From: Basidiobolus meristosporus CBS 931.73 | Taxonomy: Eukaryota > Fungi > Basidiobolomycota | Assembly: GCA_002104905.1 (NCBI GenBank) | Contig: MCFE01000364.1 | Span: 1-64,000, forward strand | Reading direction: 5' to 3' | DNA length: 64,000 nt | Shown here: in pieces, positions 24,853-35,759 of the stretch | Position numbering within the stretch: the stretch's first letter is position 1 | Layout of the letters: each line of letters begins with the position of its first letter | The notes under the pieces: generated by a model | Told to the model about the DNA's origin: nothing | What the model saw: only the letters and a program-made list of their open reading frames with translations | Database searches by the model: none | Made by a program: the position numbers and the translations under genes

Positions 24853-26600
24853 GTGCATATTGAAAAGGTCCTGAAGAAGCTAAGAGACACAGCCTGGGAG
24901 ACTGCCTTTCAGATGCTCAAGGTTGAACTTGCTAAGCTGCCAAGTTCAAGAATACCAGAATTCAGAAAAGAGCTTATTCTTTGCACTGATGCTTCAAATT
25001 ATGCTAATGGTGGAGTACTGAGCCAAGAACATGAGGGAAAGGACTACCCAGTTGCTTTTGATTCCAAGACACTGAACTCAGCGGAAAAAAGTGTCCAATG
25101 TATGAGAAGGAGATGCTTACTGTAGTACACAGCTTGAAGACCTGAAGAAGATACATTGAAGGAGTCAAGTGCTCTATGAAGACTGATTGTGACCCACCCA
25201 TGTATATATTTACTCAGAGAGTATTATCCAGAAGTATGACAAGATGGAATAAATATATTTAGCAATTTGACTTAGTGTTTGTCTTTTGCCCAGGGAATAA
25301 TATCACAGTTGCTGATGCCTTATCAGGACTGGACAAGTTGCACAACTCATTTGGTGCATGAATTAGTTTGGCCTAGCTTATTACCAGGGAACTTGGAATA
25401 CCAAGCCATCCTGATGATGTGAATGTAGAGATCCAGAGGATATTCCAAGATGAAGCCAGTAAACTTGTAGCATAGGATGAAACACTCTACAAAGTGGCTG
25501 ATGGAAGCCCCTTGCCATTGCCCTTATATTGCTTGCCTGAATTTAATACATATGCTACACAATTGATATGGACATCCTGAAATTGAAAAATTTATTGCTC
25601 TGTGAAAGCCAGAGCATGGTGGCCCAGAATGAGACCAGATAATGAGAAGCTGGTCAAAACATGCCTAAACTGCTAAATCAACTTAGGCCTACCACAGAGA
25701 ATTGCTGAAGTCTTACCCCTGGAGCCGGTATGACCACTTGATAGATGGGGAATTAACCTTATTAGAAGACTGCCAGCCACCTGGAAATGCAACTGTTGGA
25801 TCCCAGTAGCAATTGACCATGCCACTAAGTAGCCAGTTATTAAAGCTCTACCTGTTGCCAGTGAGCAAAAAGTTGCAAATTACATTTACCATGAGATCTT
25901 TGTGAAGCTTGGATTCCCTGTAGCAGCTTCTTTGATAGAGGAGAAAACTTTATGGCAAAGACATTAGAAGCTTACCTGGAAATGCAGCAGATCAAACACC
26001 TGAAAACCTTGGTATATCATCCTAGAACTAATGCAGTTACTGAACAGATTAATGGATTATATGGAAAATGCTTACAAAGTATGCAACTGGAACTGTTGGT
26101 AGAAGAGATGAGTATAAGAACAAGCACCTTTTGCCTGCAGAGCCAGAGTGCACAAAACCACCCAACAATTCCATTTTACTCAAGGAATGGATGTGAACCA
26201 AGGGTTCCAGGATATCTCACTTGACCAAAGATTACAGACACCTTAGAAGATGAGCTCAACAAGCTAAGTACATACCCACAACTGGAACAAAGATGTCAAG
26301 AGGTACAAGCCAAAGTATTTCAAAGTGTAGAAAAGATGAGGTAGAGGCTTGATACAACTATATTGCCAGAAGCATTGACAATTTGGAGCTTTATATTGGC
26401 AAGAAAACACACTCAAGATAAGTATGCAATACAGTGGATAGAACCATTCAATAGCATCAGAGAACTGCTATTTACAGCTTACCAGCTAGTGGACAAACAA
26501 AGGAATATCTAGGCAAGTTTAGCTCATAGAGACAGACTCAGCTTGCAAGACTTGCCAATAATATTGAATCATCAAGATATGTATATTACAAAAAGAGACT
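24853..26600 (+). mobile_element. Older Ty3/Gypsy pol relic (RNaseH-integrase)
   Basis: LILCTDASNYANGGVLSQEHEGKDYPVAFDSKTLNSAEK; integrase remnants RWGINL, IDHATK and YHPRTNAVTEQING; many stops. Confidence 0.8.
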
Positions 26601-26869
26601 CAGGAGAACACTCCAACTTTAGTAGGTGAGACTGAAATGATCCACTGCTTGAATATTTAGCTTAGATCAGTAGTTAGTTAAATCAACTAGTCTTATGTTT
26701 AGTCTCCCAGTACTTCAGTGTTATCTACCAAATCAGTAGTGTTAGTCAGGAGATGAATCAGCAGACCCGTACCAGACTGAAATTGATATATTATCCAGTC
26801 ATCCTATATCAGAATTTCTTCCAGATTTCTCTGTGGCATTGCATCTTTTTTACTAGCTACTGCACCTAG

Positions 26870-28800
26870 CTGCCTCATTAGTTCCTTGGAATAAGGTGAC
26901 ATGTACTTGCTAATATCAGTGGTGTCAATGTCTTGATTATTGTTTACTTGTCTCCCAACAGAGGCACTGCCTTAGCTATTTTTATTTGCATGAGCATTAT
27001 TGATGGCTAGCAGCTCTGCAGAGATTTTCCCCTACCTAATTAACTAAGGGCCTGAGGAGACCTCATTGCTACCTTGGGAGGCCCACTGTCAACTTGGCCT
27101 TTTTGTATGTAGCACTGCTTGCTGCACTGGATATCAGGGTGCACTATTAGCCATCAATTATTTTACTGCTCTCTGCAGTGTGGATTGGTTATGAGCCAGT
27201 CAGATTTGCTTTATTTTTGGTGGCACATAAACAGAGGTTTGTCAAATCATAGGGGATAAAGTGTTGCCTATATGTGCTACCATGGTGCAACAGCTTTATT
27301 TTTAGTGCATACCATAGTAGGTCATCATTGAATATTACCTTCATTTAGGTATAGTGCTTCAAATACAAGACTGTCTCAAATTCAAATGAATATCAACAAA
27401 AAGATGCAACAATACTATAATTTTATTAGATATCAGGCTGTTTGCCCAATATTCCAGTCTACATTGATGCAATGTAAAACAGAAGAGAAACATGTATGTT
27501 GCAGTTATAGTAAGCCTCCCAGCAACAAAGCATGCAAACTTCATATGAAGTATTAACAAGATCATGGCCAGTGTTTTGCAACACAAGTCTGACTTAGGCA
27601 TTTGACAGTGGCTACATTACCAAAAAAATCTGGCTGGCCACTCTGTATTTTTGGAATTACCTCTGACTTGTCATCTCAAAAATGTTATAAACTTTTTAGT
27701 GTTGACCTTAAATTTTTGTATTTTAATTCAAAATTTCATGTTAGATAATCCTCAATAGATTTTGGCCTAACTTTGAGACATCAAACATTACTACACTCTC
27801 TCAAAAATCAAAGCTCTTGCAACTAGCCATGCATTATAAAATGTATAAACACAGGGTAGATTATCATTATGCTCCAGAATTAAAACTCAAGCAGATATCT
27901 AATTTTTAAGCAGTGTCTTTGAACCTCAATATAGAAATCTATATGCCCTGAAGCACCGATATGTGGTAAGGCTTGCTGATGAATTGTGAGCTTGCCTCCC
28001 CTCACAATAATGCTCTGCACAAAACCTGCTAGATCCCATTGTGCAATGAGATAACAGTGATAGAAAACTGCCAAGGATACTCCATGAAGTCAAATGATCC
28101 ACATATACAATATGGTAGTGAATGATGAAATCTAATAGCTGAAGGAGTGATATGTTTCTAGTAATGTCTGCAATGGGTACCTTGGGAGCTTTATGCTACT
28201 GCATCCTAATATTACTCTTGGATGTTGCTTATCATATTCAAGCTACAAGTCAAAGACTGTACTATATTTGACAACATGAAACCCAAAGACTGACCTAATA
28301 CCAGCATGCTTCAACAGTTATATTCATTCACAGCAGACATTGCCACCATTGCCAGATATGCAATTGTCTGGATTTCACAATAATAGAAAGAAAACATTCT
28401 TAGCACTCTGTGTATGTTCCAATAGTACCCCACTTAAGAAAGCTCATGCAGTCCAAAAGTTATGGTAGCTCTGTAATATACTGCCCTTGGTATTAGATAA
28501 CTACTAACAGTTTGAATATATCTGATGATAAGCAAAACAGACTACTAATGTTACAAGTCTTTTTATATGTGTTATAGAGGAATAAGGAGTTTAGCCAGCA
28601 TTGTATTCATGATGACTTAGGCAACTAGTGCTTGGTATCTGTTCTCATCCCATCTACTAACAGCTCCAACTGAGTATAAGATCAGCATTTTTGAGATAGT
28701 CCATTAAACCACTCTGTGACTCTTTAAGCTCTGGGGTGATATGCCAATGCTGTCAAATGTGTCATCTGTTGCACTTCCAGGTAAGCATATAACATCTTTG
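26870..28800 (+). mobile_element. Degenerate 5' half of another CACTA-family copy
   Basis: Nucleotide similarity to 18860-19600 (e.g. GATCATGGCCAGT.TTT) and patchy similarity to 20090-20300. Confidence 0.5.
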
Positions 28801-28987
28801 CTGTGCTCTTTGCTTTTCTATCAGATAAGGCTTCCATAGAGCATCTAAGCTTCATTGGGATCTTATGGTAGATTAAACTTGCAACGTCCTGCTCACTTGC
28901 TATTAGTGCAACTTTGGCAACCGGCCATTTAGTGTCATGGTCAATATCTACTAAGATCTACCAGTAACACTTCCTAGTAGTAGATAG

Positions 28988-29374
28988 TGTGGGTTATTAC
29001 TGACTGTACTTGGTGAGTGGGAGAGCTTGTAGGTCAAGTCAGTACCACTTGGTTCAGAATAGCTTCCGATAGAAGGTAGCAAGGTAATAAAGACTTCTGT
29101 TTATTTTGTCCAAATCTTGTTGTTCTTCCTGGTTCACTTGGGTAGATATATATATCACTTGGGGGGGCTTAGACAATAGACAATGTGTTATAAAATAGGG
29201 GTGTGAACACCTTCCTGTTATGGTAAGTGTTCTAACTAGATAAGGGCAGGGATAGGAGGGGAGGACACGTGGGGGAATCATAGGGAGGGTACTGGAGGAC
29301 TTCGGGTAGGACTCTGGAGGGAACTCTTGGGAGAACTCTTGGGCGAAGAGTGGGTACTACATTGAGTACTCACA
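28988..29374 (-). repeat. 3' LTR of the young Ty3/Gypsy element
   Basis: Identical to 35373-35759 except for 4 transitions; TATATATA then AATAAA on the minus strand. Confidence 0.97.
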
Positions 29375-29418
29375 TATCCCGGGGGTTAAGTGGGAGCTTT
29401 GTCCTTGAAGTTCTTTGA

Positions 29419-30612
29419 CTAACTCGCTTCTCCAGGATCAATTTTGTTTACGGAGCATGGGGAGTCACCGTAGTACCATTGCTGGTTGTCACTCGCGAGG
29501 GGATCGCGGGCAAGTACCTGATACCATTTGGCGGCAGAGTGGGGTGCGGCCTGTGTTGCTTGAGGGATGTTTTCCACAGAGCCAAATAGTTGGCAAACCA
29601 TAGGGTTCTGGGTAAGTTCCTCGGGAGGGTCGGAGAACGAGAAAAGGTGCAATAGCGCAATAAAGTCTTGCTTCTTTATCTTGCAAACGTTATCGGGGCT
29701 TGTCCTTTTTGTGTTCAATATGACGGCGGGGGACCTTTTGAAGAGGGCGTACACTCGGTCGGCAGTCACCCATTGTCGATAACGAGTTTTTGCTTCTTCC
29801 GAGACATATTGTAGTTCTTCCGTAGAAACTGTGGCGCGATCGAGGCGCTTTTGTACTCGCCTCATGGTTTCTACAGAATCCGCGGCAGTTTCTTCGGCTT
29901 CTTGGAGTTGGACTTTGTACTGATTCCTGAGTTGTCCTATGGTAAACCACTGTAATAGTTGTAACACAGCAACTTGGTGGATTGCATGGGTTAACTGGCC
30001 GGTGTATTTAATCCGTTCGCGTATCTTCTCTAAGATGGTTCCTTCTTGGAAATGCGGTTCGAGATGTTTGCGAATTTCTCGGAGGAGTCCTTTGATCGGG
30101 AGTTCTACTTCTGGTGCTCTTACAGCTTGTACCAGGTCTGCGTATACCTCAACAACCGTGGTACCTATTAATGGCAAGTATGCAACAAAACAGGGGGGCT
30201 CTCAAGGTCTTGTGAGGGCATGACAGTTGATTCCTTGTGTCTTCTGTCTGACTGTGTCCAGTATGGATACGGGAATCAGCGCGGCGTCCTTCTCCTTAAT
30301 GATCAAGGAACCTCCTCTTAGGTGGTACACGGTCTTCTTGGGTAGTATCTCCATGCTTTGTATTGGCGTGGGTAACTTGTCTTGTCCCTCTCTGATCGTG
30401 TCTCGTATTAGCGTGACTGCTCCGGCAAACGACTCTTCATAGGTGGCTCTCGTTGTACGTAACGCTTGTACCATATCTCTTAACACTTGCAGGTTGGTTT
30501 TGTTTTTGATATCATCTTGGTTCTTGCTAGTGAGAGGGGTATTGCCAGTTTTGGGTGAACTGTTTCCTTCGGCACTTTCCATATGCATTCTTTTGTTCTC
30601 CCCTTTGGGCAA
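29419..30612 (-). CDS. ORF3 of unknown function in the env position (track ORFs 30202-30612 and 29419-30177 are one frame split by a single TGA)
   Basis: Both ORFs share a frame and are separated only by TGA 30202-30204 plus 8 sense codons. Central heptad-like helix QLRNQYKVQLQEAEETAADSVETMRRVQKRLD; no signal peptide or TM segment visible. Homologous ORF at 63165-63907. Confidence 0.75.
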
Positions 30613-30717
30613 ACTCCCTCGCGCATATTATTTGTACCTATATCGACTAAAATCTCCTCTAATAAACTTCGAATGTATCCCGTGTCTTCCTCTATCCTTA
30701 TCCTGATAATCATTTAA

Positions 30718-33700
30718 TCACACTTCGGTCTCAGTGATGATCGGTGGATCATCATGAAACGGTTTCAGATGGGCTAGCGCTACGTTGCTGATTGTCTTAT
30801 TATTCAGGGTGATGGTGTACTTTGGTCCGTGGTCTGAACTGATAACGGTGCATGGGCCAATCCATCGGGGTGTAAATTGTGGGCGGAACTTGAGGCCTGC
30901 AACGGTTTGGTCGTACCACACCTTATTGCCTGGTTTCCACTTTCATCTCGTTATTTTCTCATTTTTGGGTGGAGGGGGAAGGTGCTTGTCAACATTTTTG
31001 AATACTTTTATGTATAGGTGGGCGATACGGTGTATCAACCTTTCTATATAGTTGTTATGTGTCATCAGGGGGACACCTTCCATCGTCAATCCAGCTTCCT
31101 CCCGCCACTTGGGTCTTCGTCCATATAGGATTTCATATGGGGAGAAACCCGTCGTTTTATTCGGTGTGGTGCGCATTGCTAGGAGTGTCAGTGGGAGCAG
31201 CTCAGCCCATGATTGGGGAAGTTCCCAGTGAAGCTTCTCTAGTATGCGGCAACACGTCTGGTTCATCCTCTTGGTTAATCCGTTAGTCTGGGGGTGATAC
31301 GCGGCCGTGAAGACTTGTTTCACGCCCATCATTTCGCACAGGTGGGCCACGGTGTCGTTCAGGAAGGAACCACCATTGTCGGACAGGAGTATCTGAGGAT
31401 ATCCGTGTTGGCAGATGAGGTGTTCTAGAATGAATTGGGCGGTTGTCTTCTGATCTTTATTGCGGACGGCTTGGGCTTCTACCCACTTTGAGAAATAATT
31501 GGTAGCGATTATTATGTATGGTTCTCCTTTCTTTGTTTTCATAAAGGGGCCAACAAAGTCGATCCCTACTTGGTGGAAGGGCAGGTCAACCGGTATTGGT
31601 GCGGTTGTCCCTATCTTCTGACTCCGGTTGAATCTTTCGCAAGTGGTGCATCTTTGTAACGTATTTGTAACGTCGGTCATCATTTTTTGCCAATAAAACG
31701 TTTTTCTTAACATCTTATATGTTGTTAGGGGGTTAGCGTGTCCTAATGACATATGTCTTTCTTGTATGATTTCTTCACGGGCTGCTAGTGGGGGTACCTT
31801 GGCTCTGGACTGTCCTTGGAGGAACCATAGTCGATTTTCTTGTACTTTGTACTGACACCATTTCCTTCGAAATTCTCTCTTCTGTTTGTTTGTAACGACG
31901 TGTTTGGGATACCTCCCTTTCTTTTTAAAGCAGATTACGTCCTCGTACTCATCACTGACACGTATTTGGCAAACGGGATAGCGACTGAGGAAGTCTGCGT
32001 CCTGGTGTTTCTTGCCAGCGCGGTGAATTATTTCAAGGTCGTATTGCTGTAGTCGTAGGGCCCAACGTGCTAGTCGGCCGGTAAAGTCTTTAGTTTTCAT
32101 CAGCCAGACCAGTGCGCTGTGGTCCGTTACTATTGTGAATCGGCGACCATGTATGTATGTATGGAATTGTTTAATTGAATAAACAACAGCCAGACATTCT
32201 ATCTCGGTAACGGGGTAGTGGCGTTTGTGTTTGTTTAGCAAACGGCGCACGTAACCAATTGGGTGGAATTCGCCGGGTTGGTGGTATTGTCCCAGTACGG
32301 CGCCTATACCGGTGAGGCTTCCATCACAGTTAATAAAAAATCTTGCATCCCAATTGGGAGATCGTAACACTGGCGGTGACGTCAGGGAATGTTTCAGCTG
32401 ATTGAATGCTCTCTTTTGAGGCTCCGACCATACAAAACACTGGCCCTTTTGCGTCAATTTGTATAGGGGGGCTGCTATCGTCGAAAAGTTTTTGACAAAG
32501 CGGCGATAGTAGCCGGCTAATCCTAGGAATCCCAACACTGCATTAATGTCCTTTGGTGCAGGTGCATTTTGAACGGCTTTCAGGAGTGACGTAGATGGGT
32601 ATATTCCATCTGCCAAGATCTCGTGGCCCAGGAACAACAATTTCGTATACAGGAAATGGCACTTCTTGGGATGCAGTTTGAGTTGGTTCTCAAGGAGGGC
32701 TGTCAGGATACGTTGCACGTTGTGTATATGTTCTTCTACATTGGGGGAATATATCGTGATGTTGTCCAGATACACGAGGCCGCATTCCCATCGTAGATTT
32801 CCTAGCACCTTGTCGATCATCCTTTGGAACGTGGCGGGGGCATTGCACAAGCCAAAGGGTAGTTGGTTCCATTTGTATAATCCAAACAATGTTATAAAAG
32901 CGGTTTTGGGTCGATCTTCCGGGGCTACTTCTACTTGCCAATACCCGGAGATTAAGTCAAGAGAGCTAAAATATTTAGCTCCAATTAATCTGTCCAAGAG
33001 GTCGTCTATTCGCGGTAGCGGATACACGTCCTTCCGGGTGACGGCGTTCAATTTCCGGTGGTCAATGCAAAAGCGTCACTTTCCGTCTTTCTTTGGGACT
33101 ATCACTACGGGGGAGGCCCACGGAGACTGGCTCTCTGTAATGATGTTGTCTTTTAATAAAGTTTCAATCGTCTCTTTGATAGTCTGTGTCAATTTTTGAA
33201 TTCCTATAGGCTTTTTGCTTGATGGGGTATTTGTCGGCGAGGTGGATTTGGTGATATACCCCAGGTATATGACCAATTACTTGGTTCTTAGAGAATACTC
33301 GGGCAAGCGGACGTATTCCTTCTAGGAATTTGTCTTGTAACGTAGGCGGTAGACCGGGGTCCACATCTAGTTCGGGGAGTTCTTCTTCTGGTTCTTCGTT
33401 TGGAGGTGGTCCTTGGTCGTTTCCGTTGACTTCCTCTAAGTTTAACAATGGCACTCCTCTAGGCAATGTCACCGTGTGTCGCCTGTTGTTAACCACTAAG
33501 CATTTCAGGCTTTGCGTTTCAAATTTTGGTGGTATCCATACTTTAGGGATCAAGATTCCTTCCAGTTGCTTGGATGCTTTTGCTGCGGTTATCATTCTTC
33601 CGCTTGTTGAATAAGCTATTGGTGTTTCTAATGAGATCACCGTCTCACTGGCGGGTGGTATTTTTATCACCTTTTGTGTGATGATCGGAGACTGCGACGG

Positions 33701-34435
33701 TTTCACCTCTTCGATTGTCACACTGTTGCTACGCGCCTTGCTCTCATCGGTGATATGAATCAGTGGGATACTCTTGGTATCCCACCTGAGTTCAGATGCA
33801 CTGTAAAGTATATCCATCTTATGTTGGATAAACCAACTCTCGCCAATGAGTAAGTCGTTGGCTGCGACGGGTAGGACCACGACATCATGGCGTATTATCA
33901 AGTTGCCTAGCCAAATGGGGCAATTAGGCACCACACCTACCGTTGTATCCAGTTGGTCATTTGCTAGCCGTACTCGAATGGTGTTGTTGGGGACTATATT
34001 TAGTTTTAGACGTTTCGCTAATGACTCTGACATGATCAACGTAGAGGATCCTGTGTCGATAAGGGCGAGAATCTCCTTATTCTCTATACGTACCTTTACG
34101 TATGTACCTTTATTTGGTTTTTGCAGGACCGTCTGGTTGACATGGAGGGTCGTTATCTCCTTCAATCCCTCTATCAGTTCCTTGACTAGAGCCGGGGCCA
34201 GTCCCAGTAAATTGGTTATTGGGAGGGTTGCCTTGGTTTGCTCTAGTACCTTCATTATGGGGAATAGGCCATGGGAAGACGTGCTAGCGTTCTTCGTTCG
34301 CTTTAACACTTCTTCCCAAGGTTCATTCCGTACTTCTTCACCTAATTCCGCGCTCTTTCCTTTTGACAGAACCTCTACTACAGGTTCCTTTGCCTCCTCT
34401 CTAGAAGCATCATGTCGACGCTTCTTCTTCCGCAC
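30718..34435 (-). pseudogene. pol: pol (protease, dUTPase-like linker, RT, RNaseH, integrase with GPY/F-like tail), disrupted
   Basis: LIDTGSS protease; LDLISGYWQV and YLDN (for YLDD); CDGSLTGIGAVL; H-H-C-C zinc finger; GIDFVGP / LSDNG / NGLTKR (E to K); PRWIGPC tail. Frameshifts at about 33185 and 30960; TGA at 33076-33078. Confidence 0.93.
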
Positions 34436-35331
34436 TTTGATTGTCCTGACCGGAGGGCATAGATTGACTGAGTCCCGTTGGCCTCCTGGCGAGGGACTCT
34501 GTCTTTTGACGCCTTCTTCTCTTTTGTGTCTGGTACGGCTTCTCTTCCGTACCGTTTTTCACATTCATGGGCCCGGTGACCTACTTCTCCACACACATAA
34601 CACGGATACTGTCGTCGCGGTCGTTCCATCTGTTGGGTCAGGACTTGAACCTGGGCCTTTAGATCTACAACAGCTTCCCAGAGTTTATCACCTTCTTTGG
34701 GGACTTCTTGGACATTGTTGATTGAGAGTTCTTGGACCTTTCGCCGTAATTCCTCTAACTCACGGTCTTTCGGGGAGGCAATTTTTCCTTTCTTACGGGG
34801 GATCCCTGTCCTTCAATCATTTGTATCACTATAGGGTAGCCCCCATAGCAAGATGACCCCTCATACTCATTTGACCAACTCTTGCAACGTTTTACATCCC
34901 TGTTGTTCTTTGGACGCCCTACGTCTTATTTCATCGTCTAAGCCCATGATGTAAAACCTCATGAGCTGTCGTTTGGCGATTTTGTCCTTCGGGAGACATC
35001 AAACTCGTTGGAGAAACAGTTCAGTGTAGGCTTCATAGCTTTCGCTGCTTTTCTTCCGCAAGGACAGTAGAAGGGCTTTGTAGTGGTATCCTTCGGCATA
35101 TAGAAAGCATGTCTTGTAGGCTTCTTCTAGTGCATCCCAGTCGTCTTTGACTGCGTCTTCCAACCCATAATGCCATCGCCATGCTGACCCTTCCATATGT
35201 CTTGCAAACTCTCTTACTTTCTTATTGTCGTCCCATCCTGCATCAACCCCAACTCTCTCAAACTTATCGAACCACTCAAGGGCTTTCTCTCCCTTTCCCT
35301 TGTATGTCTTTAGTTTGATTGTAGTAGTCAT
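34378..35331 (-). pseudogene. gag: gag with CCHC zinc knuckle and four in-frame TGA stops
   Basis: One frame from MTTTIKLKTYKG...EWFDKFE to CYVCGEVGHRAHEC. TGA at 34999-35001, 34867-34869, 34861-34863 and 34813-34815. Confidence 0.9.
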
Positions 35332-35351
35332 TACCTCACTTGTGCTTATTT

Positions 35352-35368
35352 CCGCAGAGACAGCACCA
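35352..35368 (-). other. Primer-binding site TGGTGCTGTCTCTGCGG
   Basis: Starts with TGG 4 nt inside the 5' LTR, complementary to a tRNA ending ...AGACAGCACCA. tRNA identity not determined. Confidence 0.75.
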
Positions 35369-35372
35369 AATA

Positions 35373-35759
35373 TGTGGGTTATTACTGACTGTACTTGGTG
35401 AGTGGGAGAGCTTGTAGGTCAAGTCAGTACCACTTGGTTCAGAATAGCTTCCAATAGAAGGTAGCAAGGTAATAAAGACTTCTGTTTATTTTGTCCAAAT
35501 CTCGTTGTTCTTCCTGGTTCATTTGGGTAGATATATATATCACTTGGGGGGGCTTAGACAATAGACAATGTGTTATAAAATAGGGGTGTGAACACCTTCC
35601 TGTTATGGTAAGTGTTCTAACTAGATAAGGGCAGGGATAGGAGGGGAGGACACGTGGGGGAATCATAGGGAGGGTACTGGAGGACTTCGGGTAGGACTCT
35701 GGAGGGAACTCTTGGGAGAACTCTTGGGCGAAGAGTGGGTATTACATTGAGTACTCACA
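35373..35759 (-). repeat. 5' LTR of the young Ty3/Gypsy element
   Basis: Partner of 28988-29374; adjacent to the PBS and the GATAG TSD. Confidence 0.97.

Larger units (their letters stand above)
28988..35759 (-). mobile_element. Young full-length Ty3/Gypsy LTR retrotransposon (6772 bp) with an extra ORF
   Basis: Two 387-bp TG...CA LTRs with 4 differences; perfect TSD GATAG; PBS; order gag-PR-RT-RH-IN; no chromodomain. Confidence 0.97.

Noticed and set aside
33846-34721. 291-aa plus-strand ORF (and 32666-33199) antisense to the young Gypsy gag/pol
   Set aside because: Ser/Phe/Leu-rich composition typical of antisense shadows; no motifs, and no second copy here to test conservation.
34813-35001. 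Clustered in-frame TGA codons read as selenocysteine or an alternative genetic code
   Set aside because: Host genes use standard stops, and matching G-to-A changes at CpG hit catalytic residues. CGA-to-TGA deamination is the simpler explanation.
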